DNA from: a virus
DNA length: 64,000 bases
Strand: one strand, 5' to 3'
Virus record (IMG/VR): IMGVR_UViG_3300030098_005409
Shown here piece by piece: positions 56,901 to 64,000 of this stretch (positions within the stretch are counted from its first letter, which is position 1; each line of letters begins with the position of its first letter). A model generated the notes under the pieces. The model saw nothing but the letters and a program-made list of their open reading frames with translations. It searched no databases and had not been told where the DNA came from. The position numbers were made by a program, and so were the translations under genes.

Positions 56901-56967
<67 letters not shown>

Positions 56968-56977
<10 letters not shown>

Positions 56978-57279
56978 GCGGGGGGTGCAATCACACCCGG
57001 AGGAACTTCTCCTTCCACGAGGCCGCCATGCTTTACAATAACATTAGTAACAATATCAACAGGGACATATCCATAGACTGTGCGTGTAGGTTCCGCCGGA
57101 GATTCCGCCCAGGGCATAAGAAGCGGCTCTTCCTCAGACGGGAACCCAACCTCGACAAGATTATATTTCTTTTGCTCATTCAGTCGAGGCTCGCAATATG
57201 CGTTTTCGTTCGCCTGAACCGACATTTCAAAACCGTCGGCGCACAGGACTTGCTCGTTCAATTTTCTTCTTCCTAACAT
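56968..57279 (-). CDS. Conserved hypothetical phage protein; stop codon lies inside tRNA-Arg
   Basis: 'CADGFEMSVQA...YCEPR...VEVGFPS...TVYGYVP'. Confidence 0.7.
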
Positions 57280-57305
57280 TTTATTCTTCTTTCAATTTGG
57301 GTAAA

Positions 57306-57382
57306 TGGCTGGGGCGGTTGGATTCGAACCAACAACCTCCGGGGTAACAACCCGGCGTCCTTGCCAATAGGACCTCGCCCCA
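57306..57382 (-). tRNA. tRNA-Asn(GUU), non-canonical body
   Basis: TGGGGCG/CGCCCCA acceptor, G73, anticodon loop TTGTTAC, A8/U14, CCA. Confidence 0.85.
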
Positions 57383-57383
57383 A

Positions 57384-57460
57384 TGGTGGGATAGGCGGGA
57401 CTTGAACCCGCGACCGGCGCTTTATAAGAACGCTACTCTGACCTACTGAGTTACTATCCC
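57384..57460 (-). tRNA. tRNA-Ile(UAU)
   Basis: GGGATAG acceptor, anticodon loop CTTATAA, A73, CCA. Confidence 0.9.
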
Positions 57461-57515
57461 AGCTTTGGGGTCCGTAGGTCATTTGAGAGCATACACTTAG
57501 GTTCGTAAGCGTGGG

Positions 57516-57707
57516 CTAACTCTTCTTATCTCCTTGTAAAACCATGAGAAGCCACTGCTTAAATTGCTTAGGTGCCCATCGTTTAAGGTTATGTTCCAGC
57601 TTAAACCATTTTACAAAGTCATCGGACATGTCAATAGTGAGGACATTCTCCTCCTCGTTTTTCAACTCAACCTTTAGCATTGTAATATGGGGTTTGTAAT
57701 CTTTCAT
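57516..57707 (-). CDS. Hypothetical protein
   Basis: Starts 7 nt after the -10 of promoter 57715-57743 (possibly leaderless). Confidence 0.55.
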   Translation of the reverse strand: MKDYKPHITMLKVELKNEEENVLTIDMSDDFVKWFKLEHNLKRWAPKQFKQWLLMVLQGDKKS

Positions 57708-57751
57708 TATGAATATATTACCACGCTGGAGCGTGTTTGTCAAGCGTTTTT

Positions 57752-57826
57752 TGGCTCCGGTGGCTGGACTCGAACCAACAACCATCCGATTAACAGTCGG
57801 ATGCTCTACCATTGAGCTACACCGGA
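57752..57826 (-). tRNA. tRNA-Asn(GUU), canonical
   Basis: TCC...GGAGCCA, anticodon loop CTGTTAA. Confidence 0.95.
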
Positions 57827-57946
57827 ATAATATCAGTCTTCGTCGTAGTAGTCAAGACCTTTCTGAATTTCTCTTATCGTTAGAAGCGCAAGCATAATAA
57901 TAATTATAAAGACTGCAAGTGGGTTCATCTTCTTTTCCTCATGTTT

Positions 57947-58032
57947 TGGTAGCGCGGGCGGGACTCGAACCCGCAAGGTCTAAGACCGGCAGATTTTAAG
58001 TCTGCTGTGTATACCGATTCCACCACCGCGCC
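57947..58032 (-). tRNA. tRNA-Leu(UAA)
   Basis: Long variable arm, anticodon loop CTTAAAA, A73, CCA. Confidence 0.92.
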
Positions 58033-58117
58033 ATATCATTACTTAAGTTGTTGTTGATAATAAAGGTAAGCTCCCCCGATAACAACACACGCCGCTATAC
58101 CCATCAGTTCTAGGAAC

Positions 58118-58675
58118 TCAATCATGCCACGTTTCCATCGTGCGAAACCATGACGGGACAGAGGCTACTGTTCCGCCCTCGGTGTGAATCCAGTACAAGT
58201 CTTGTTCTCCCTTTTTTCCCGCATGTTGGCGAAATTCGTCCCGACCAAAAATGTGCTGTTCAAGATCGCCCTTAGTACACCACCATGCCTGAGCGCCGGA
58301 AGCGTTGAGTCCCAAAAAGACCACTCGTTCATATTTCTGCTTCGAACGAAGCTGTTGCCATACAAACTTATTATCCGTGGCCTCCCAGGCGCTTGAGGTT
58401 TTTACCTCTGTAGGAAGGTTGTCGGGAAAAATATCAAAATCCGTCCCGGAGCCTTTGGGTTTGGTCGGCTTGCCCGCGGGGTCACGAGGAACAACGCTTC
58501 CGTTTCCTTCCAGAATATCCGCCACCATCCGTTCGCCGGTGGCCCCCTTTGAGCGCGACGCAAGGCGACGAAACCACTCAAAAGGACTTCCCTTCCAGTA
58601 TTTATCGGCTTTGGTTTGCTGTTGTCCCTGTTGGCAAGTTTGCCCCGCTATCAAAAGTTTAGTTATATCAGTCAC
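58118..58675 (-). CDS. PD-(D/E)XK restriction-endonuclease-like protein
   Basis: 'KGATGERMV', 'FDI...TEVKTS', 'WQQLR'. Confidence 0.6.
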   Translation of the reverse strand: MTDITKLLIAGQTCQQGQQQTKADKYWKGSPFEWFRRLASRSKGATGERMVADILEGNGSVVPRDPAGKPTKPKGSGTDFDIFPDNLPTEVKTSSAWEATDNKFVWQQLRSKQKYERVVFLGLNASGAQAWWCTKGDLEQHIFGRDEFRQHAGKKGEQDLYWIHTEGGTVASVPSWFRTMETWHD

Positions 58676-58693
58676 TTATAAATCCTTCTTAGA

Positions 58694-58769
58694 TGGTGAA
58701 CCCCCTGGGACTCGAACCCAGAACCAATGGATTAAAAGTCCAGTGCTCTACCTGTTGAGCTAGGGGTCC
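58694..58769 (-). tRNA. tRNA-Lys(UUU)
   Basis: Anticodon loop CTTTTAA, CCA; own promoter upstream. Confidence 0.93.
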
Positions 58770-58812
58770 TTCTCACATCGTGCTTGTAGCTTACCACGCA
58801 GGGGGGCGGTTG

Positions 58813-59055
58813 TCAACTTCTTTTCTTAATTGAGTGAAAAAGCCACACCGGCCCCCACACCAATAAAAAGAATAGCATAATGATACCCAAGCCTGTCTCG
58901 TAAGTAATGTAGGTATCGAGTCTCAGCTCATTGAGTACGTTTGTGACAATAATACTGTTTATGATGAAATAGGCGCCCAAAGCCCCTAAGATGACAAGTG
59001 CCAGTACCACGTCAATACAGGTATATAAAAATTTCTTCATTCTGTCGTACATCAT
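58813..59055 (-). CDS. Small two-helix membrane protein
   Basis: Hydrophobic segments; GGAG SD. Confidence 0.6.
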   Translation of the reverse strand: MMYDRMKKFLYTCIDVVLALVILGALGAYFIINSIIVTNVLNELRLDTYITYETGLGIIMLFFLLVWGPVWLFHSIKKRS

Positions 59056-59064
59056 TTTTTTCTC

Positions 59065-59451
59065 CTATAGTGGATTCTCTATCAGATCGTAGTGAGTAGG
59101 CGTGGGAAAACCCACTCGCTTACCTTTCGCATTAGTGTGAACGCTATACCATTCTCCATTAAAAATAATCAACTTACCAAGGTGTTCTGACTTTGGATCA
59201 GTGATCATCCACACGCTCCTGCCAGCCATAGCACTGGGCTTGCTGATGCAAGTAAGCATAGTTCCCGTAATTTTCTCTCTGGTGGTCCGATCCGGGTGAG
59301 TATGGTAGTTTATGCTCTCACTAGTTTTTTCCGCTAGTCGTGCGTAGGCACAATCAATATCTTCTTTCCGAAAGAATAAAATAGCGCCGGGCTTCCACGA
59401 TCTATTTGTGAAGTAAGCTGTTGTGCCTACTTTGGTATTGTAAATTTTCAT
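59065..59451 (-). CDS. Hypothetical protein
   Basis: GGAG SD; ORF track. Confidence 0.65.
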   Translation of the reverse strand: MKIYNTKVGTTAYFTNRSWKPGAILFFRKEDIDCAYARLAEKTSESINYHTHPDRTTREKITGTMLTCISKPSAMAGRSVWMITDPKSEHLGKLIIFNGEWYSVHTNAKGKRVGFPTPTHYDLIENPL

Positions 59452-59460
59452 TTTCTCTCC

Positions 59461-59835
59461 TCACATCTCTCGCGTATAGTGCGTTCGTAGGAAGCGCGCA
59501 ATGGCGGCAACCGTATAGTCGATTACAACGTCATCGTCCTGATGGTCCATAAGGTGCTCCTGAGCTTCCTCAATCACATGAATCTGTGGTAGCGGTAGCG
59601 CCATGTCTAAGCGGTGGGCATCGTCGTGCACGGCAAACTTCATATACTCGTCGCCCTTTCTGCGAACGTAACGATCGTGGTTCTGCCACTCCCATTTATA
59701 GCCTAGTCGCCATAGGGAATGCCAGATTTGTTCCCAATCCTGAATTGCTGCGGTGGTCCACGTAAAGTTCCGTAGCCCGGTGCGGTTGGGGTTCTCTACG
59801 AGGTCCACCCCACATTCCTCATATATTCGTGTCAT
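59461..59835 (-). CDS. Hypothetical protein
   Basis: ATGA coupling; ORF track. Confidence 0.65.
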   Translation of the reverse strand: MTRIYEECGVDLVENPNRTGLRNFTWTTAAIQDWEQIWHSLWRLGYKWEWQNHDRYVRRKGDEYMKFAVHDDAHRLDMALPLPQIHVIEEAQEHLMDHQDDDVVIDYTVAAIARFLRTHYTREM

Positions 59836-60092
59836 TTTTTCCTCACAAGTCTAAGTTGGTTCTTTGTCATTTGCACCTGTCCTTTGCCTAGACGCATATA
59901 ATACGAATCTACATTTCCTGGCTTTTCAAACCAGTGCACCACGAACCAGGGCTGCGGTTTCTCTAAGTCCCGGTAGCGCCCCTGCGCCTTCGTATCCATT
60001 GTAGGTCCTCGGACAATAATGCCGAACCCCTTTCCATATGTGCTGTTCCGAGCCTCTACAAGAGCACCGGGAATGTATCTAGCTCTTGCCAC
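59832..60092 (-). CDS. SH3/KOW-like small protein
   Basis: 'PGALV...FGIIV...VVHW'; promoter 60115-60143. Confidence 0.6.
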   Translation of the reverse strand: MARARYIPGALVEARNSTYGKGFGIIVRGPTMDTKAQGRYRDLEKPQPWFVVHWFEKPGNVDSYYMRLGKGQVQMTKNQLRLVRKK

Positions 60093-60309
60093 TATATGCC
60101 TCCATCGTAGCTACAGTATACCCTCCCAGAGCCACGTTGTCAAGGTTTACTTTTCTTTCTTTCATTTCGTTCTCCAGGCGCAACTCCCGAATCCGTCGAG
60201 CGGTATACCTCTCGATAAAAGGGTCGGGCCGCGTGACCGGATCTGTTTCACCGCGCAGCTCCCGCATTCGGTGCCGCGTGTACTTCTCAATCTTTTGATA
60301 CTCGTTCAA
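60079..60309 (-). CDS. Hypothetical protein with internal 'ERYT.RR.RELR' repeat
   Basis: 'IEKYTRHRMRELR' and 'IERYTARRIRELR'. Confidence 0.45.
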   Translation of the reverse strand: MNEYQKIEKYTRHRMRELRGETDPVTRPDPFIERYTARRIRELRLENEMKERKVNLDNVALGGYTVATMEAYSGKS

Positions 60310-60487
60310 GATAATCTCCGTGAAATGTTATTGTTTTTCCAAACTTAGTAAAATAAACAGCATACTTATTTCCGTGGTCAGTTCCCAACTTTGCCGGGAC
60401 GTCTTCCAGGACAACACCGATTCCATAGCTGTTATCGACTTGATTTAGTGTATCGCGAACTAGGTCGCCTACCTTTAGTTCTTTCAT
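60287..60487 (-). CDS. SH3/KOW-like small protein
   Basis: 'LKVGDLVRD...IGVV'. Confidence 0.65.
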   Translation of the reverse strand: MKELKVGDLVRDTLNQVDNSYGIGVVLEDVPAKLGTDHGNKYAVYFTKFGKTITFHGDYLERVSKD

Positions 60488-60957
60488 TAGCGTTTTACTA
60501 CCATCACATCAGGCGCTCTGCGCGGCTTTCTGCTACGTTTTGTCGCCTTCTGCTTCCTGCTCCCTTCTGCCTGACGCAAACAGCGCCCACAGGCAATGTG
60601 GCCCCTTAGAGAGCCTTTCCCTTGTCTAAGGAATGCTGGCGTGTACGCACAGTATTCACAGGTCAGTCGCGACTGCTCCCTCGCAGTCGTAATGATATCT
60701 TGGATGGGCGGCGTAAGATTGCGCGTCGCAACATGTAAGGTCCCGTCTTCGTTTCTAGAAACTTCCGTAATCGCACAGTCGTGCGCACTGCCCGACGAGA
60801 GCTTCTCAATCTTTTTAGACATTTCATAAATTATTTTATACCAGCCATTCTCGCATTGAAACCCCCATGCCATACTGGAGCTTTCCAGGGGTGCGTTTCT
60901 CTCTCTATATAAGTGGGCAAACCTTTCGTAAAGGTTGTTGGTCTTATGACTATCCAT
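60487..60957 (-). CDS. Hypothetical protein with C-terminal CxxC...CxxC
   Basis: GGAGG SD and promoter before ATG 60957; 'GFQCENGWY', 'TCEYC...ACGRC'. Confidence 0.65.
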   Translation of the reverse strand: MDSHKTNNLYERFAHLYRERNAPLESSSMAWGFQCENGWYKIIYEMSKKIEKLSSGSAHDCAITEVSRNEDGTLHVATRNLTPPIQDIITTAREQSRLTCEYCAYTPAFLRQGKGSLRGHIACGRCLRQAEGSRKQKATKRSRKPRRAPDVMVVKR

Positions 60958-61021
60958 AACATAGCCTCCTACTCTTATACTGTAGCATAGGAATCCGAGG
61001 CTGTCAAGATTTATTATTGTT

Positions 61022-61267
61022 TTAGCGAGTAAGGCGCGCTCGCACCGCTGAATAAAATCCATTCTTCTGTGCGGCTTCTTCATTCGCAAAGCACAGTTCG
61101 GCCTGTGTGCGATGGTAGAACGGGCTATCCGGGGTGTGATATAAGTATGAATTAGCATTACCCTTGATAGGGAAGTCTGCTGGGCAGCTTCCATCCGTGG
61201 GCGCGAACCTTATATGGGCACACCCAGTCATCAATAATGCACACACAATAATTAAAATCTTTTTCAT
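61022..61267 (-). CDS. Putative lipoprotein with Ada-like/sunset metal-binding domain
   Basis: Lipobox 'LMTGC'; 'IKGN...YHTP...Y...CFANEEAAQKNGF'. Confidence 0.65.
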   Translation of the reverse strand: MKKILIIVCALLMTGCAHIRFAPTDGSCPADFPIKGNANSYLYHTPDSPFYHRTQAELCFANEEAAQKNGFYSAVRARLTR

Positions 61268-61488
61268 CTCTCTTGTCTTTCTGTTCTGCTCACCAGCTCA
61301 TAACTCTTCTCATGGAATGTAAACTCGCGACCCTGAGACATCATAGTAACCGTTGTGAACTTTTGGTCTGTCTGATCGTGGACCAGCTCCCGGATCTCTG
61401 TTACAAGGCCCACGGGATGCCCCAGCCACTCACTTTCTATAAGTCTCACTAAATCGCCAATTCTTATGTCTACTGGGTACTCCATCAC
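61264..61488 (-). CDS. SH3/KOW-like small protein
   Basis: 'IRIGDLVRL...VGLV'; promoter 61504-61532. Confidence 0.6.
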   Translation of the reverse strand: MMEYPVDIRIGDLVRLIESEWLGHPVGLVTEIRELVHDQTDQKFTTVTMMSQGREFTFHEKSYELVSRTERQER

Positions 61489-61541
61489 TCAACCTTCAAC
61501 GACATAGTAGCACGCTAGGCGGGCGGTGTCAAGGGTTGTTC

Positions 61542-63002
61542 TCAAATAAGGCCAGCGAGGCGCTGAAACCTTTCCACAATGTGACCTGCATAGCCTCGAC
61601 TGCCTTGGGGTCCGAATAAAAACAGCCCCACGTCGGCCACGACCAAATCACCATTTGAGCGTTGCATGAGATTGTGGGCGTGTACATCACCATACTGAGT
61701 GTCATATTTTTCCAGCTTTTTAAGCCGGTTGTAGAAGTTTTTAGCCACTTGTGATTTTATCTCGGAGGGCGGCACCATAGATGCGGCCAGGGCCGATGAT
61801 CTCCCGATAGTTTCTGGGTCATATTGAGATAAGCGCATATTGGCATCCAACTGCTTCCCCAGTATTTCCGGGCTGGCCATAATATTGAGAGTGCGCAGAG
61901 CTTCCGGGTCTGTGATATATTTCTCGAAAGCATCTTTTACATATGTTGAAATGTGGCGCTTCATGTCGTGAATGGCAAAGTAATCATTCTCAGGGTCAGA
62001 CCGCAAGTAAGCCCTCTTGAGATCCGCCAGTTTCTTCTCTATCTCTCGAAATATAGGGAAGGCTCTCTCGTCCTTGATCGGCAAAGCTTGTTCTGTTACG
62101 GGACCCGGATCTGTTCCGCGGCGCATGGAGGCGCTTTCCGGAGACTCCAAAGTGCTAAATATTTTTTCTAATCTGTCTTCTCCTATCAACTTTTCCAATG
62201 CTGAATAGATATTATCAATGGCTAGATAGTTGTCAACAAATCGCTTTCGTACTTCAGGCTCTGGTTTCCCCAGAGGGTCGGCGCCAAAAACATCCACTCG
62301 CGTTGCAGGATCAAGGCTATCCAACAATTCCATCTGCACAACAAAGACTTTATATTTCTGTCCACCTTCTTTCTCGATGAACTTCCCTCGGCGAATGGTT
62401 CCCTCAGGGTCAACAGGAGGGGACGGCAACACACTAATGTCTAGTATCTCCGGGAGGACGTTGGCGGCCTGCGGGTCTCGCGTTTCTAAGCCGTCCTTAA
62501 GTTTTTTGATGTTGCGATAGGCGTTTATTTCCTGGCCGGATAAGGTCATCTTTACCGCAACAGGACCCCAAGCGGGATTCTCGCCCCGGTAAACAATGCC
62601 AAACTCTCCCGAGCCGAGCGGCTCAGGGTCGATGGTGATTCCCTCTTTGTTGGAGTAGGCTAGTAAGAGCTTGTCCTGCACATCCTTCGCAAAATCGGTG
62701 ATAGTAAATCGCTCGGGATCTCGCAGCGGTCTCTCTGGCGCCTGTATAACTTCCCGCTCCTTGTCTAAAGCGGCCTGTCGGGCCGGGCTGAGTTTTACTG
62801 TTTTGTCGGGGTCTCCCGCGGCGCTCGGGGCATCAGGCATCTGGGTGGTGTCGGGCTCCTCCAGATCTCTGGTGCCAAAAAACTTTTTCAGAGCCTCACG
62901 CTCTTTGGCGCGCTTTTTGCGGCGCCTAAGGTCGTGGACATAAACGGTCGGATCCAACTCTTCCCTAATTATTCGGCGCAGACTCGATTTGGATATCTTC
63001 AT
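61542..63002 (-). CDS. Tagged Ser/Thr-kinase-like protein with a large insertion
   Basis: 'MKISKSSLRRIIREEL'; 'LGSGEFG', 'VAVK', 'MELL', 'GDVHAHN', 'ADVG'. Confidence 0.8.
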   Translation of the reverse strand: MKISKSSLRRIIREELDPTVYVHDLRRRKKRAKEREALKKFFGTRDLEEPDTTQMPDAPSAAGDPDKTVKLSPARQAALDKEREVIQAPERPLRDPERFTITDFAKDVQDKLLLAYSNKEGITIDPEPLGSGEFGIVYRGENPAWGPVAVKMTLSGQEINAYRNIKKLKDGLETRDPQAANVLPEILDISVLPSPPVDPEGTIRRGKFIEKEGGQKYKVFVVQMELLDSLDPATRVDVFGADPLGKPEPEVRKRFVDNYLAIDNIYSALEKLIGEDRLEKIFSTLESPESASMRRGTDPGPVTEQALPIKDERAFPIFREIEKKLADLKRAYLRSDPENDYFAIHDMKRHISTYVKDAFEKYITDPEALRTLNIMASPEILGKQLDANMRLSQYDPETIGRSSALAASMVPPSEIKSQVAKNFYNRLKKLEKYDTQYGDVHAHNLMQRSNGDLVVADVGLFLFGPQGSRGYAGHIVERFQRLAGLI

Positions 63003-63366
63003 CAGGAGACTTTTCCTCTTCTATAAATAGTCCGAAACGCTCTTGTTCCCCATCATCGTAGGTAATGATAGTGCGGTTTCCGGGATGCGGCTTGATATGA
63101 ACAGTAATGAAATCATTCATTGAATCAAAAATAGCAATAGATCCTTTTGGCCGTGGATACAACCAATGTGCGATGCACTGCCCTGTTGCTAACACAACGC
63201 CCTCGATCACCACACCCTCGCCTGAAACTCCTGTCTCATCGTTTTGTCGTGCGACTGTGAACGTCTGAATGCCGCGTGGGCATAAGCGCGATGGCTTTTT
63301 CGGTATCAGTTCCTCCGCCGGGGATTGCTCCTCTTCAGTGGTGGTATCATTTATTTCTTCAGTCAT
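62965..63366 (-). CDS. Hypothetical protein
   Basis: 'DETGVSGEGVVIEGV...HWL'. Confidence 0.65.
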   Translation of the reverse strand: MTEEINDTTTEEEQSPAEELIPKKPSRLCPRGIQTFTVARQNDETGVSGEGVVIEGVVLATGQCIAHWLYPRPKGSIAIFDSMNDFITVHIKPHPGNRTIITYDDGEQERFGLFIEEEKSPDEDIQIESAPNN

Positions 63367-63758
63367 AGTTTTATTGCTCGCCTAAAAATTGCCCCGATGT
63401 TGGGGGTAGTATCATACTCGCCCAACTCATCTAGACTCACCCAAACATGATCATCATGCTCAAAGTCTAACTTTACATCCCCCTCATAAGTGGGGGCATA
63501 AAATATGTCTACAGCTGGGGTGCTCAATTCTGTCAAGGGAATAAGACCCCGGACTTGAAGGGTGGTCTCTTCCTCAGTCTCTCGTTGAGCGCACTTGATC
63601 GGGGTTTCGTCCGCCTCAACCTTTCCTCCGGGGAGTCCCCACTTCCCCGGCATCCAATGTGCTTTCATGCTGCGCTTCAGCAGCAATAGACGATCAGAAT
63701 CGTCCAGTATGGCTACAGCTGTGCCCTTCATCTTTCCTCCAATTCTAATACGAATCAT
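63363..63758 (-). CDS. NUDIX hydrolase
   Basis: Nudix box 'GGKVEADETPIKCAQRETEEET'. Confidence 0.9.
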   Translation of the reverse strand: MIRIRIGGKMKGTAVAILDDSDRLLLLKRSMKAHWMPGKWGLPGGKVEADETPIKCAQRETEEETTLQVRGLIPLTELSTPAVDIFYAPTYEGDVKLDFEHDDHVWVSLDELGEYDTTPNIGAIFRRAIKL

Positions 63759-64000
63759 TGCTCAATACTATAAAGCTTATCATAGGCCCGCGTATAGATG
63801 GCAAATAGCTGCTCTATATCTCCCGAGCGGCGTAACATTTTAAATGCTAGATTTTCCGGAGAATAAATGCCCGAACTCTCCAGCCCGGCTTGTCGCATCC
63901 GTTTCAGCTTATCTCGGAGTCGCTGCGCCATTTCAAAAGCCTCATCATATCTCCCATTATCATACACAGAACTCAGTTTGTCAACCTCTCGCGCCATTTG
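63755..64000 (-). CDS. 3' end of a gene entering from the right, possibly nucleotidyltransferase-associated
   Basis: 'RQAGLESSGIYSPENLAFKMLRR'; frame open to the window edge. Confidence 0.4.
   Translation of the reverse strand, partial: QMAREVDKLSSVYDNGRYDEAFEMAQRLRDKLKRMRQAGLESSGIYSPENLAFKMLRRSGDIEQLFAIYTRAYDKLYSIEQ

Noticed and set aside
57827-57855. TTGACT-17-TATTAT before the canonical tRNA-Asn
   Set aside because: The -10 abuts tRNA nt 1, so the TSS would fall inside the tRNA; the sequence is also explained by a small ORF ending GLDYYDED*
60487-61194. 235-aa version of this ORF
   Set aside because: The N-terminal extension overlaps the lipoprotein gene and a promoter; SD and promoter support ATG 60957

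Overview
The window is best read as part of a large lytic dsDNA bacteriophage genome (jumbo-type, probably T4-like in head biology). No ribosomal or core housekeeping genes, integrase or CRISPR array are visible. Nearly all genes are tightly packed on the minus strand in the standard code, with Shine-Dalgarno sites. Left to right: (1) 1-14 kb, an AT-rich glycan-tailoring island (B12 radical SAM, FkbM methyltransferase, GT10-, GT47-, GT2- and GT4-type glycosyltransferases, sulfotransferase, CMAH-like MBL-Rieske protein). (2) 14-21 kb, Cas4-like nuclease, PIN-PhoH, cytidyltransferase, a QueF homologue lacking the catalytic Cys, tRNAs Pro/Ala/Thr and a tmRNA. (3) 21-31.5 kb, probable head-internal proteins carrying repeated N-terminal tags (MKL[LI]LENW..., MKI.K..L..II.EE) fused to diverse cargo domains. 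(4) 31.5-34 kb, ferredoxin, thioesterase, amidase, HNH. (5) 34-38.5 kb, the only plus-strand cassette, yeaH-spoVR-prkA. (6) 40.8-42 kb, a repeat-rich non-coding junction. (7) 42-61.5 kb, an early/host-takeover region with 18 near-consensus sigma70 promoters, a MoxR-like AAA/vWA pair, about 25 small SH3/KOW-like paralogues and six more tRNAs, including Ile(UAU) and a non-canonical Asn. A second motif, ACTAWTTA-like, precedes many genes outside the sigma70 class and is a candidate late promoter. Family names come from motif recognition, not database searches.
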